Virus record (IMG/VR): IMGVR_UViG_3300042475_003078
Length of the DNA: 64,000 bases
Origin: an uncultured virus (IMG/VR IMGVR_UViG_3300042475_003078)
Taxonomy: Duplodnaviria; Heunggongvirae; Uroviricota; Caudoviricetes
Strand: one strand, 5' to 3'
Within the stretch, counting starts at the first letter, position 1. Each line of letters starts with the position of its first letter. A program made the translations under genes and the position numbers. Shown here in pieces: positions 17,156 through 27,131 of the stretch. Below the pieces are notes generated by a model. It was not told the DNA's origin and searched no databases. It saw nothing but the letters and a program-made list of their open reading frames with translations.

Positions 17156-19591
17156 ATGAAAACATCCTTTACCTCTAAGCAGCGTGAAATACTAGCTCGT
17201 AAGATGGGCTACGACGGCCCTATGCAGGGCTTTGATGACTTTCTTAATAGCTCACCAGCGTTGATGATGAAGTACAACGCTGTGACGGATAAGTATGCTC
17301 AGAGGATGGCTAAGGGAGGGTCTGTCACGGGTTATGCTGTGGGTGGTGTTGTTAGCTATGAAGAATGGCTGAAGACAGCGCCTAAGACTCAGAGAAGAGC
17401 TTTTGGTGGTACAAGGGCACTGACTGAACAAGAACTCCGTGATAACTACGAAAAATATCGTCAAAATCCTACAGGCGCCGGTGAGAGTTTTGCCACTGAC
17501 ATTACACCACCAGAGCCAACAGAACAGCAACAAACGACAGCACCTGCGCCAGCACCTGCGCCAGCACCTACCTCTACGACTAACATCACCCTTCCAGGCG
17601 TTAGCACTGGAACTACACCTGTCACTGTTTCTCCTAATGTGTCTCAGCAAATGTCTGAGATGGGTCCGTTTCCTCGAGGGACAGCGCCAGCACCTGCGCC
17701 AGCACCTGCGCCAGCACCTGCGCCAGCACCTGCGCCAGCACCTGCGCCAGCACCTGCGCCAGCACCTGCGCCAGCACCTGCGCCAGCACCTGCGCCAGCA
17801 CCGAGCGTCACAGGCGGTGGTGACGTCACCTTCAGCGAAGAACAAGGACGCACTGGTACACCTTCACCAGGTGCTGCTGCTGGCTTCACCCCTGCAACGA
17901 CATCAATTACACCGGGGCAAGACATCTCGGGTGTAGGGGGTGCTGGCACTGCTAAGACGGTGACAGATATTAAGACAGCAACGGCTGAAGAAGCAAAGAT
18001 GCCTGCTGCTATCACAGCAACGACAATGGAGGCGTCTAAGTCTGCTGAAGGTGTTAAAGGTGTATTAGAGGGAACCAAGCCACTTAGCTTTGAAGAGTGG
18101 AGTAAAGATAAGGTTTTTCCTGCTGTTATAAGAATAGGGCCCGATGGAGAACCTATTGATGCCGCACGAGAAGGATATGAAGAATATGTCAGAACCTTCA
18201 AACCTGAAGGCGGTGTTCAAGCTGTAAAAGGCACTGTCAGCAAAGAAGCTCAAGTTGATGCAGCACAAAAAGAACCTACAGAGACTGTTCTGTCCGACCT
18301 AGAAGCAGAACAGCTTGATAAAGCTAGAGAGGTTCAAGCACCTCCTGAACTCACTGTAGGTGCTGGTGAGCTTTTGGACAAATCTGCTGTCAATATGGCT
18401 AAGGTTGATGAAGCCATTGCCAAGACAAAGGAAGAAGCTGCACAAGGGGTTGTCTCTGAAGACATGACCGTACAGGGCCAGCTTACGAAGCTCACAGCAA
18501 ATTTTGATGCTAAGAATCCTCCTGGCTGGGCCGCTGGCGCTCTGCGTGTAGCTACAGCCACATTGGCACAGAGAGGCTTAAGCGCTTCTTCTATGGCAGG
18601 CGCTGCTATTGTCCAAGCAGCTATTGAGTCGGCCTTACCTATTGCAACTACCGATGCTAAAGCCTATCAAGCAATGGCTGAGCAAAATTTAAGCAACAGA
18701 CAAGCAATGGCTGTGCTGGCGGCACAACAAAGAGCCGCTTTCTTAGAACAAGAGTTCAACCAAGAGTTTGAAGTGAAGGTGAAGAATGCTGCTCGCATTG
18801 CTGACGTTGCCAATATCAACTTCACAGCTAAACAACAAATTGCGTTAGAGAACGCCAGGCTAGCTCAGTCTGTGGATTTGGCAAACTTAGAGAATAGACA
18901 AGCTGTTGTCATCGCTAAAGCGGCTCAGATGGCTACGTTAGAAACCACCAACCTAACCAACCTACAGCAAGCTGCTGTTACAAATGCTCAGTCTTTCTTG
19001 GCAATGGATATGGCAAACTACGACAGAGAGCAGAAGACAACACTGTTTAAGACAGAGCAACTTGTACAGTCATTGTTGTCTGACACAGCGGCTGAGAATG
19101 CTGCTAAACAGTTTAACGCAGCAAATAAGACTCAGGTAGATCAGTTCATGGCGACTCTTGCTTCTACAATATCTCAGTTTAATGTAGCTCAGCGTAATGC
19201 TCTAGCTCAGTTTAGTACAGATCAAGTGAACTCAGTCACAAAGTTCAACACTGAACAAGAAAACCTGAGGGATCAGTTTAACTCTACGCAGCGTCTCGTC
19301 ATCGATCAGAGCAATGCTCAATGGCGTAGAGAAGTAAGCACTGCTGACACTGCTGCTCTCAATGTTGCTCTGTATTTAGGTGCTCAGAATTTGCAACAGA
19401 TGACGTTGGCTGAGTACAATAATGAGACTCAACTCTATCGAGATCAGATTGAGAAGGTGTGGTCTAGCTTTGAGAAGAATGAAGATAGAAGAGCAGAAAT
19501 ATTAAAAGCAGAAATCAGCGGTGCCGCTGCTGAAGACGCCGCCGAGGCTGGACTATGGCAGAGTATTGTTGGTGGGCTGATGAAGCTCTGA
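17156..19591 (+). CDS. Internal virion/ejection-type protein with (AP)n linker
   Basis: 811 aa, Ala/Gln-rich with QFN repeats in the C-terminal half; position among internal virion genes. Confidence 0.7.
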   Translation: MKTSFTSKQREILARKMGYDGPMQGFDDFLNSSPALMMKYNAVTDKYAQRMAKGGSVTGYAVGGVVSYEEWLKTAPKTQRRAFGGTRALTEQELRDNYEKYRQNPTGAGESFATDITPPEPTEQQQTTAPAPAPAPAPTSTTNITLPGVSTGTTPVTVSPNVSQQMSEMGPFPRGTAPAPAPAPAPAPAPAPAPAPAPAPAPAPAPAPAPAPAPAPSVTGGGDVTFSEEQGRTGTPSPGAAAGFTPATTSITPGQDISGVGGAGTAKTVTDIKTATAEEAKMPAAITATTMEASKSAEGVKGVLEGTKPLSFEEWSKDKVFPAVIRIGPDGEPIDAAREGYEEYVRTFKPEGGVQAVKGTVSKEAQVDAAQKEPTETVLSDLEAEQLDKAREVQAPPELTVGAGELLDKSAVNMAKVDEAIAKTKEEAAQGVVSEDMTVQGQLTKLTANFDAKNPPGWAAGALRVATATLAQRGLSASSMAGAAIVQAAIESALPIATTDAKAYQAMAEQNLSNRQAMAVLAAQQRAAFLEQEFNQEFEVKVKNAARIADVANINFTAKQQIALENARLAQSVDLANLENRQAVVIAKAAQMATLETTNLTNLQQAAVTNAQSFLAMDMANYDREQKTTLFKTEQLVQSLLSDTAAENAAKQFNAANKTQVDQFMATLASTISQFNVAQRNALAQFSTDQVNSVTKFNTEQENLRDQFNSTQRLVIDQSNAQWRREVSTADTAALNVALYLGAQNLQQMTLAEYNNETQLYRDQIEKVWSSFEKNEDRRAEILKAEISGAAAEDAAEAGLWQSIVGGLMKL
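17684..17803 (+). repeat. 12-bp tandem repeat GCGCCAGCACCT x10, encoding (AP)20
   Basis: Read directly; a shorter copy lies at ~17539-17569. Confidence 0.95.
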
Positions 19592-19604
19592 TAAAGGAAC
19601 ATCA

Positions 19605-19820
19605 ATGAAAAACTACAAATCAGTCATTGCAAGAGTTGACTCAATCATCAGTAAAAGAAACAAGACACTTCCTGTGTCTACATCTGGTTTGCTTGCCCCT
19701 AAGATGAAGCAACCATCAAAAGGCGGTAATAGCATTGATGAGCAAATTGCTGATTACATTGAAATGATTCGGAAGCAACGTCAAGAACTCGTTGGTCAAC
19801 GTAAGGAAAAGAAGAAATGA
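19605..19820 (+). CDS. Hypothetical protein
   Basis: AAGGA RBS; coupled to the next ORF. Confidence 0.6.
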   Translation: MKNYKSVIARVDSIISKRNKTLPVSTSGLLAPKMKQPSKGGNSIDEQIADYIEMIRKQRQELVGQRKEKKK

Positions 19821-20269
19821 TTGGAGCACTATCACCTACCATCCCAGGTATGTCTTTGACAACAGAGCCTGGTAATAGACCTTGGGAACAGCCTCCACAA
19901 TATACAACGCTTGACCAAGTTGTTGCTTATTATGCAGAAAAACTAACGACAGAAGAAGCTGTTGATAGTCTGTTGTTAGCAATGGAGAACAACATTGCCT
20001 TGATGCGTCTAACACAAGGCATCATCAAAATGGGCATTATGAATGGTATCCACACTGTTGATTTAGGTTTTGTTGCTACTCCTATCATCATTGAGTTGAT
20101 GAAAACCATTGGCGACATGAATGATGTTGGCTACATAGTTGAAGACGAAGACTTTGAAAAAGCAACAGACATTGATGAGAATATGGCTAAAGAAGTGTTG
20201 AGAGGCGCTGTTGCTACAGTGAAAGAAGCTCCTGCTGTAAAGCAGGGCGGTTTAATGTCTAAGGAGTAA
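19817..20269 (+). CDS. Conserved podovirus virion-module protein
   Basis: IPGMSLT.EPG..PWEQPP motif. Confidence 0.7.
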   Translation: MIGALSPTIPGMSLTTEPGNRPWEQPPQYTTLDQVVAYYAEKLTTEEAVDSLLLAMENNIALMRLTQGIIKMGIMNGIHTVDLGFVATPIIIELMKTIGDMNDVGYIVEDEDFEKATDIDENMAKEVLRGAVATVKEAPAVKQGGLMSKE

Positions 20270-20271
20270 AT

Positions 20272-21693
20272 ATGGGACTGGCTTTACTAGGAGCGCTGGC
20301 TGGGTTTGCTCAAGGCTTAGGCTCTCGCGTTGAAAAAGAAAGAGAAGAAAATGAAGAGCTTCTTAAAACGCGTCTTCAGTTTGCTGCTGTCAACAAGAAG
20401 AAGAGAGAAGAAGAAGTAAAAGCTGTCAGAGAAGAACTGTCTGGTCGCTATTCTGAAGTGATGCCTTGGCTTGAACCCACTACTGATGAGGCCGTGAAGC
20501 TGGCTCTCATCTCAAACCCGGAAATTGCAAAGCAGTTTACAGAGCGCAGAAAAGCTGGAGATGTTATTGATGCTGCTACGTTTGTCAGAGAAAACGCAGC
20601 CGAAATTAGAAAGAAGGCTCCTAAGGGGTTTGAGACAGTAAGAAAGCTCATTGACTCTTTTGGCGCTGCTCCAACACCAATGACAGATGAACAGATGCAA
20701 CAGGCGTTTGGTCAAAAAGAAGGCTTCATGGGCTTCAATGTTGGAACTAAGCCAAGCAGAGCAGAAAAGATTGCTAGCGGCTTAGGCGCTGGTTCTGCCA
20801 GAGAACTGCTTGCTTATGAGAATATGCAGCCGTTACAGAGAGATCCTTTCTCTGGTATTGCTACCATCAATACAGAGCAATATGGTCCTATGGCTGATTC
20901 TGTTGAAAAGGCGTATGAGAAAGCGCAGATAAATCTTTTCAATGCCGAACGTAGATTTAAGGAAGACGACCCTCGTCTGATAAAACTTAGAGAAGAAACA
21001 GCCGCTCTAAAAAATCAGATTGAAGCTCCTGTTAAGTCTCTGGATGAAAGAGCCAATAAACTGGCATCTCAACTTCAGATGGCTGAGAGTGAAGGAGATG
21101 CTGATTCTGCCGCTGCTATCAAATCCCAACTCGATGTACTTTATACCGCTATCAAAAATCACAAGACAGCGATGGAAGGAAATAAACCTAAGAGCGTTGC
21201 CACCATCACCTCCAGTGTTGAGAAGGCTATTCAAACACGCCTAGAGGAAAAATATGGTGTTGAGTTGTTCTCTGAGCCTAAGACAATTTCTTTAGGAGAC
21301 GGTGAGTTCTACGTGGCTAGAGGACTGAAGAGCAGCGTCACTCCTGAGGTTGAACAACAAATCTTGAGAGACAAACGCAGCTTCGCACAAGCAGCACTAA
21401 GAGCTTATGGTCTCCTCGATGATAAGGGACAACCTCTTTACGATTCTGTGCGCGATGTGATGTACAACTATGGTTTGCGTGGTTCATTACCTCAAAGACA
21501 ACAAGTTGGTGGCGCAGCGTCTCCGACAGCAACACCACCCGCTGCTACTACTGCTCCTGTTAGACCAGCTTCAACACAGCCCTCTCCCACAACAAGTGGT
21601 CCAGTCACTGTAGAGTTACCTAATGGAAGCAAGGCAACCTTCCCTAATCAGAAGGCAGCAGACGATTTTAAGAAAGCAGCAGGTATCCGCTAA
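20272..21693 (+). CDS. Probable internal virion protein
   Basis: 473 aa, helical, GALAGFAQG N-terminus; AAGGAG RBS. Confidence 0.65.
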   Translation: MGLALLGALAGFAQGLGSRVEKEREENEELLKTRLQFAAVNKKKREEEVKAVREELSGRYSEVMPWLEPTTDEAVKLALISNPEIAKQFTERRKAGDVIDAATFVRENAAEIRKKAPKGFETVRKLIDSFGAAPTPMTDEQMQQAFGQKEGFMGFNVGTKPSRAEKIASGLGAGSARELLAYENMQPLQRDPFSGIATINTEQYGPMADSVEKAYEKAQINLFNAERRFKEDDPRLIKLREETAALKNQIEAPVKSLDERANKLASQLQMAESEGDADSAAAIKSQLDVLYTAIKNHKTAMEGNKPKSVATITSSVEKAIQTRLEEKYGVELFSEPKTISLGDGEFYVARGLKSSVTPEVEQQILRDKRSFAQAALRAYGLLDDKGQPLYDSVRDVMYNYGLRGSLPQRQQVGGAASPTATPPAATTAPVRPASTQPSPTTSGPVTVELPNGSKATFPNQKAADDFKKAAGIR

Positions 21694-24600
21694 TGGCAAC
21701 AGACTACGAAGAACTTGCTAAGAAGTTTGGCGGTCAGGTACAGACTGACTACGAAGGGCTTGCTAAGAAGTTTGGAGGCTCTGTCTCTACAGAAGAGCCT
21801 CCACAACCCGCCAGAACAGCCCCTGTTCGCGCTGCACAGGCTCAGCCTACCCGTCCTACACCAACGCCTGTTACAGCCCCTGTAGCGCCTCCTACGCCTT
21901 CTGGACGGATGCCTACAGCCGCCTTCACTGAGGTAGGTGATGTTGACACCACAGGCCGCTTTGGTTCCACGATGGAGATGGAAGGCTTTGGTCCCATGCT
22001 AGAGATGGGAACACCTGTCACTGTTTCTGACATTGCCTCACAGAAGGACAAGCTCAACATCATTCAGCGCTATATGAAGGAGCGCTTCCCCAACAAGCCC
22101 ATGCCTAAAGAGCCTGTGAAGCTGGTGGAAGAGTTTCAGCGTTCTCAGGCTAAGAATGACATGGAGCTAGGCTATGAACTGACATGGGCATTGAATGCGA
22201 AGCCTGAGCAGAAGGAAGTGGCGAGGCAGGCTTATGGTGTTGCTAAAGAACTAGGCACTACCTTTACTCAAGAGTTGAGGGCGGTTTTGACTAGCCCTTC
22301 GACATATGCTGGTGGTGTTGCTGGCTGGTTGACTAAACAAGCTCTGTTGAAACCTGCTGTTGTTAGCGCTACCAAGAAAGCCTTGGCTGTTACTGGTGTC
22401 ACAGCCGCTGTTGAAGGCGGTGCTGCTGGTACTCAAGATGTCATAAGACAACGTACAGAAAAAGAACTTGGTCTTAGAGAAGAAATGAGTTATGCACAGA
22501 CAGCTTTGTCTGTCGGTGTTGCTACTGCTTTAGGCGCTGTCGGTGGTAAAGGTGTTGCAGACATCAAGGTTGAACAAGCTCCTGCCCGCATTGCTTCCTT
22601 GGTTCAACGTAAGAAGGGAGCGCCTGCCCTTACTGATAAGCAAACAGCAGACTTCTTGAAGCAATTTGCTGCAAAGGAGAAGTCTGTTGGTGAGAACAGA
22701 AAAGCGTTGTTTGCCGATAGTTTTGCTAGGCGTGAAGCCAGAAAAGAAACACTGGACAAGATGGATGCTCCTGGTGCTGTCACTGAAGCTGTGTTGAATG
22801 AAAACACTGTTGCTGACATCTTCAAAGTGGCTAAGCAGATTTACATCGATAACCCATTGCTTCGCCCTGATTTGAATGAAGTGAGAATTACACAGGCTGT
22901 TGCTAACACGCTTAAAGAAGCCGATGTTGACACCATTCAACAGGCAGCAGCACGCGCTGGTGTCAACAACAAAGAGTTCTTAGAGACGTTTAGAGTGACG
23001 CTGTCTCAGGCCGGTGCAACGTTGAAGGAAGCATCTTCGTTGGCACAGTTTCTGAACAAAGCAACTAAGGGTGATCCTAAGCTAGAAGAAGCTCTGAAGA
23101 ATATGTCAAGGGCTTCCTATGGCACTGAGTATTGGTCAGGTAAAGCAATAGACTTTGGTACTGGGGTTGTTGGGACATCCGTTGCTGCTTCAACTGCCAG
23201 CTTGTCCACTGCCGTGCTAAACGCCATTGGCCTTGCTGGTTCTGTTCCTTTGAAGGTAGCTGCCGACACTGTTGATGCTGTGTATTCAACAGCAGGAAGA
23301 ATGTTATATGACCTAAGAGGTGGTGTTCTAACTAAAGACAGAGCCAAAGAAGACGTCTCTGAAGCCTTTGCTGACAGCTTCTTTGTTCTTAAAACAATGG
23401 CTGATGCTGGCTACACATCCGAAGTTACAGACTTGATGTTGAAGAATCAGCCTCGTCTTAACAATTTGCTTAGCTCTGTCGGTGCTGAAACAGATAGCAG
23501 AGGGTTGCCAGCATCCGTTGCAAAGGTAATGAACACCATCAACATTGCCAACAGAGCCGTTGACAGTGTTGTTCGTCGTCCTATCTTCTTACAAGCTGTC
23601 AAAGACAGAATGGATGCTGTTGGCTTGGACTACGAAGACTTCATTGCAAATAATAAGGCTATTCCTGTTGCCCTGCTTAAAGAAGCTGCCGATGATGCTC
23701 TGAAGCTAACCTTCTCATATGAGTTTAAGGAGACAGGGGAGAGGAGCTTTGAAGGGGCTGCTGAGAACTTAGCAGCATTTACGCTTCAGCTTTTCAACAG
23801 GAATGGTTTAGCTGGTATCCCTGGTAAGCTAATTCATCCATTCATGCGCTTCAGCTTGAACTCTATTCGATATACCTATCGCATGACACCGGCTTCTGCT
23901 TTAGGCGGTGTTCAAGAACTCAGACAATCTAGGAAGTTTCTGAATGAAAGTGAGAAACTTAGAGCAGCCGGTAACGACAAAGAAGCCGATGAGTTTGGAG
24001 CAAAAGCTGCTGGTTTGGCTTATGACGCAAAGAAGAAAATATTAGACGCTACTGTTGGAACTTCTGTTATCTACGGAGCAATGGCGTTTCGAGAAGAAAA
24101 CTCTGACCTTGAAGCACATCAGTATAGAGATGATGATGGCAATATTAAAGACGGCAGTGGGTTATTCCCGTTTGTCAACATCTCTTACATGGCAGAGGCT
24201 GCTTTATTAATGAGAGACATGTCTCAGACTCTTTGGTACACGCTGAAGATGTCTAAAGAAGAAAGACAACAAGAGGCTACCAAGTTTAAACAACAAGCTG
24301 AAAGTCTTGCCTTAAACGAAAAAGGACGTCAAGAACTTTTACTAAAGGCTGAGCAGCTTGAACTCAACAGAGTCAGGAAGTTCGACGGGCAGAAATTTAT
24401 GGAGATAATGACAGGCATGGGCAGGTCTTCGCTCTCACAGAATACTGTGTTTGAGAGGGTATCCCGTCTGTTTGAAGAAGGTATCACTACAGATGTTGAA
24501 AGAAAAGCAGGCACAGAAGTTGGAGACTTCTTAGGACGTTTTGACAACTTCTTCAATCCCGCCTATGACGCTGTTAACTTCTTGTTGGAAGACTACAGTG

Positions 24601-25247
24601 TCGTTGACACCAGAGCGCCTGTAGAAGGCTTAGGCACCTTTACCGGCGCTGTTGCAGCCCCTGTCTTAGGACCTATACCAGGCGCCAGAGGGTTCTTAGA
24701 AGAGCGTCCTTCGCTGTTCCAGACAACACCACAACAGGTTCCTACGGTGTTGAGACAACTTCAAGGTGTTCGCCCCACGCCACCAACAAGTGTGGCAGAG
24801 AACGAACTAGCGCGTCTGCGTATTTCTTCCTTTAGCTTGTACAAGTCTACAGGTGACCGTACCTTAGACAATCTCACCATCAGAGAAGCTGCACCTCTTG
24901 TTGAGGCTGCTGTGGATGATCTTGTCAACAAAGACAAGGCTTATCCTTTTTTGTCTATCAATGAACAACGTAGGACTATGAAGTCAAGAATTAGTCAAGC
25001 CATCAGCATGGCTAAGACTAACGTACAAGATACCTATCTCGAAACAAACCCTGAGAAGAGTGTCAACAGGATGTTTGAGGGTCTTGGCAAAGAGAAGAGA
25101 GACGCTGCTGTTGATAGATTTATCAAGACAGAGAAGAGAAGACCAGAGTCACTGCGTGACAAACTTCGCATCATTCACGGTGAATTTGACATTGCTGAAG
25201 CTATTGGTAAAGACTTCAACAAAGGTGGATTTGTTCTAAGAAGATAG
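21693..25247 (+). CDS. Large internal virion protein
   Basis: 1184 aa, last gene of the rightward arm; duplicated TDYE.LAKKFGG N-terminus. Confidence 0.7.
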   Translation: MATDYEELAKKFGGQVQTDYEGLAKKFGGSVSTEEPPQPARTAPVRAAQAQPTRPTPTPVTAPVAPPTPSGRMPTAAFTEVGDVDTTGRFGSTMEMEGFGPMLEMGTPVTVSDIASQKDKLNIIQRYMKERFPNKPMPKEPVKLVEEFQRSQAKNDMELGYELTWALNAKPEQKEVARQAYGVAKELGTTFTQELRAVLTSPSTYAGGVAGWLTKQALLKPAVVSATKKALAVTGVTAAVEGGAAGTQDVIRQRTEKELGLREEMSYAQTALSVGVATALGAVGGKGVADIKVEQAPARIASLVQRKKGAPALTDKQTADFLKQFAAKEKSVGENRKALFADSFARREARKETLDKMDAPGAVTEAVLNENTVADIFKVAKQIYIDNPLLRPDLNEVRITQAVANTLKEADVDTIQQAAARAGVNNKEFLETFRVTLSQAGATLKEASSLAQFLNKATKGDPKLEEALKNMSRASYGTEYWSGKAIDFGTGVVGTSVAASTASLSTAVLNAIGLAGSVPLKVAADTVDAVYSTAGRMLYDLRGGVLTKDRAKEDVSEAFADSFFVLKTMADAGYTSEVTDLMLKNQPRLNNLLSSVGAETDSRGLPASVAKVMNTINIANRAVDSVVRRPIFLQAVKDRMDAVGLDYEDFIANNKAIPVALLKEAADDALKLTFSYEFKETGERSFEGAAENLAAFTLQLFNRNGLAGIPGKLIHPFMRFSLNSIRYTYRMTPASALGGVQELRQSRKFLNESEKLRAAGNDKEADEFGAKAAGLAYDAKKKILDATVGTSVIYGAMAFREENSDLEAHQYRDDDGNIKDGSGLFPFVNISYMAEAALLMRDMSQTLWYTLKMSKEERQQEATKFKQQAESLALNEKGRQELLLKAEQLELNRVRKFDGQKFMEIMTGMGRSSLSQNTVFERVSRLFEEGITTDVERKAGTEVGDFLGRFDNFFNPAYDAVNFLLEDYSVVDTRAPVEGLGTFTGAVAAPVLGPIPGARGFLEERPSLFQTTPQQVPTVLRQLQGVRPTPPTSVAENELARLRISSFSLYKSTGDRTLDNLTIREAAPLVEAAVDDLVNKDKAYPFLSINEQRRTMKSRISQAISMAKTNVQDTYLETNPEKSVNRMFEGLGKEKRDAAVDRFIKTEKRRPESLRDKLRIIHGEFDIAEAIGKDFNKGGFVLRR

Positions 25248-25266
25248 AGCAATATTCGCTGTACAG

Positions 25267-25296
25267 CAAAAAGGCCCAATTAAGGGCCTTTGTTTT
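25267..25296. terminator. Bidirectional rho-independent terminator
   Basis: CAAAAAGGCCC-AATTAA-GGGCCTTTGTTTT between the convergent arms. Confidence 0.85.
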
Positions 25297-25373
25297 TGGT
25301 GCGGAGAAGGGGATTCGAACCCCTAAAACTCAGGGTTTAAGCCTGATACGTATGCCAATTCCGTCACCCCCGC
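25297..25373 (-). tRNA. tRNA-Leu(TAA), short variable loop
   Basis: GCGGGGG/TCTCCGC acceptor stem, TCAGG-CTTAAAC-CCTGA anticodon arm, TTCGAAT T-loop, encoded CCA. Confidence 0.9.
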
Positions 25374-25379
25374 TGTTGT

Positions 25380-25462
25380 TGGTGCTGGAGATGAGACTCG
25401 AACTCATGAAGGTTTCCCGACGGCTTACAAAACCGTTGCAATTGCCGCTATGCGACTCCAGC
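25380..25462 (-). tRNA. tRNA-Thr(TGT), long variable arm
   Basis: GCTGGAG/CTCCAGC acceptor stem, ACGGT-TTTGTAA-GCCGT anticodon arm, 12-nt variable region, TTCGAGT T-loop, CCA. Confidence 0.82.
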
Positions 25463-25464
25463 TT

Positions 25465-25541
25465 TGGCGCATCCAGTAGGAATCGAACCTACAACCTACG
25501 CCTTAGAAGGGCGTTGCTCTGTCCAGTTGAGCTATGGACGC
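25465..25541 (-). tRNA. tRNA-Arg(TCT)
   Basis: GCGTCCA/TGGATGC acceptor stem, GCTC/GAGC D-stem, ACGCC-CTTCTAA-GGCGT anticodon arm, CCA. Confidence 0.93.
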
Positions 25542-25548
25542 TTCTTTG

Positions 25549-25878
25549 TCAATGCCTCTTATACTCGTCCGTCACATTGACAGAGTCTTCAACACCGCAA
25601 TAGTGACACCAATCTAGCCACACAGGATAGGGTGCCATTATCGTCTCTCTAGGCTCTCCACAGAGAGTGTAATGACGTCCACTTCGTGTTACAGCCTCCA
25701 GCTTCTCCATGTCAAAGCTCTTGATTGCTGTAGACACCCTGGTTGCCCACATGTCTGTGAAGTCAAAGCCAACAATGTGTCGCTCTAGTTCTCCTTTATA
25801 TTCAATCTCATAGATTGACCAGTCTTGGACACTTACAGACTTGCAATGTTCAATGGACGTTACGGGAGTTAGAAACAT
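25549..25878 (-). CDS. Hypothetical protein
   Basis: Likely start MFLTPV within track ORF 25549..25923; TRSGR.Y.L.G.P motif. Confidence 0.55.
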   Translation of the reverse strand: MFLTPVTSIEHCKSVSVQDWSIYEIEYKGELERHIVGFDFTDMWATRVSTAIKSFDMEKLEAVTRSGRHYTLCGEPRETIMAPYPVWLDWCHYCGVEDSVNVTDEYKRH

Positions 25879-26041
25879 TTTTGATCCTCTGAAGGTTGTC
25901 GAAATAGGCCCTGTCAAAACCACGTTGCCATTCTTTTCCGCGTGTTGACGTCAAAGAATATTTACACTCAAGCCATCCTCTGCTGAAGGCGTAATAGCCC
26001 TCCTTGAATGCATAGGATGGCTCTACTTTTCTCATCTCCAT
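25850..26041 (-). CDS. Small protein with an Rmf-like motif
   Basis: AF.EGY.A...G...C.Y......EW.RGF..A resembles the ribosome modulation factor pattern. Confidence 0.5.
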   Translation of the reverse strand: MEMRKVEPSYAFKEGYYAFSRGWLECKYSLTSTRGKEWQRGFDRAYFDNLQRIKNVSNSRNVH

Positions 26042-26101
26042 TGCTGTCCTCGCTCTGGTGTTGTTAAGGAGCCTCAATGTTGCCACACCGAAGCTCTGCT
26101 G

Positions 26102-26326
26102 TCAACTCTTGTTCTTGATGTAGGTGGCGTCTTCTTCAATTGGATACATGTCACCGATGAAGATGGTGAAGAAAGGAATCTTGATGATGACGCCTGTGTA
26201 GCACAAGATTTGATCGTGCTTGGTGATGTTGCCATCATCATCGTAGTAGTCAGTACGGTAGCAATTTTCGTTGTTGTATTCGATGTCAAAGCCAATGCCT
26301 TGACGCAAAGTAATCATGATGCTCAT
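26102..26326 (-). CDS. Hypothetical protein
   Basis: Start overlaps the phoH stop. Confidence 0.55.
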   Translation of the reverse strand: MSIMITLRQGIGFDIEYNNENCYRTDYYDDDGNITKHDQILCYTGVIIKIPFFTIFIGDMYPIEEDATYIKNKS

Positions 26327-27075
26327 TGTTGTTCTCCATCTTCATATTGCATCTTAGCCACGATGTAGTCTTTCACCAAGCTACTGCGGCAGATGTCATC
26401 TACAGTGAACTCAAATTTACTGAATTGCTTCATAGCACCAGCAATGTTCAAGAACTTGTTCAAGCCAGACTTATCGTCTTTCTTCTTCAAATCAGTCTGA
26501 CGTACATCACCACAGAAGATGATTTTACTGGTGTGTCCAACGCGGGTGATGACGGTGTCGAGTTCTTCAAAGTTGCAGTTTTGGAACTCATCAACGAGGA
26601 TGATGCTGTTGCTAAAGGTGGTGCCTCTGATGAACGATGTAGACAAGAACTCCACATGTCCTTGCTCACAGAGCCTGTCCCAAGCGTCCTTGCGTGCAAA
26701 CAAGTCTGTTGTGATTTGACGATAGGGCTGGATGTACACCTCCATCTTCTCATCAACACCACCAGGCAAATATCCCATCTCTCTGCTTTGTACAGCAGAC
26801 CTGATGATGACCACCTTACCAAACGGTGTAGACCTATCTAGGACGTCTTCTAAGGCTTTGTACAGGGCGATGTAGGACTTGCCTGTACCTGCGACACCGT
26901 GAAGACACATGAAGTAGTGACCTCTGGCATAGGCTTCAAAGAAATCACGTTGTGTATCACTCTTAGGCTGAATCGTTGACATGTCGTCTAGCTTCACCTT
27001 AAGAGAGTTTGTTCGCTGCGCTGGAGGCGCTTCACCAGAGCCTTCAAACAAAGCTGCCCTCTTCTTCGTTACCAT
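26323..27075 (-). CDS. phoH: PhoH-like ATPase
   Basis: GVAGTGKS, GYLPG, FIRGTTF, DEFQN, TRVG and GDVRQTD motifs; start MVTKK with AGGAG RBS. Confidence 0.92.
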   Translation of the reverse strand: MVTKKRAALFEGSGEAPPAQRTNSLKVKLDDMSTIQPKSDTQRDFFEAYARGHYFMCLHGVAGTGKSYIALYKALEDVLDRSTPFGKVVIIRSAVQSREMGYLPGGVDEKMEVYIQPYRQITTDLFARKDAWDRLCEQGHVEFLSTSFIRGTTFSNSIILVDEFQNCNFEELDTVITRVGHTSKIIFCGDVRQTDLKKKDDKSGLNKFLNIAGAMKQFSKFEFTVDDICRSSLVKDYIVAKMQYEDGEQQ

Positions 27076-27095
27076 AAATCTCCTTCCTACAAATG

Positions 27096-27119
27096 AAAAG
27101 AGGGCCATTATAGCCCTCT
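27096..27119 (-). terminator. Terminator-like hairpin after nrdJ
   Basis: AGAGGGC-N7-GCCCTCT-TTT on the minus strand. Confidence 0.6.
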
Positions 27120-27131
27120 GTTTGTTACTGA

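Noticed and set aside
17252..18201. (RCWR)n, (QHLR)n and (GA)n ORFs
   Set aside because: Alternative frames of the 12-bp tandem repeat.
25352..25603. 83-aa plus-strand ORF
   Set aside because: Antisense to the tRNA genes.
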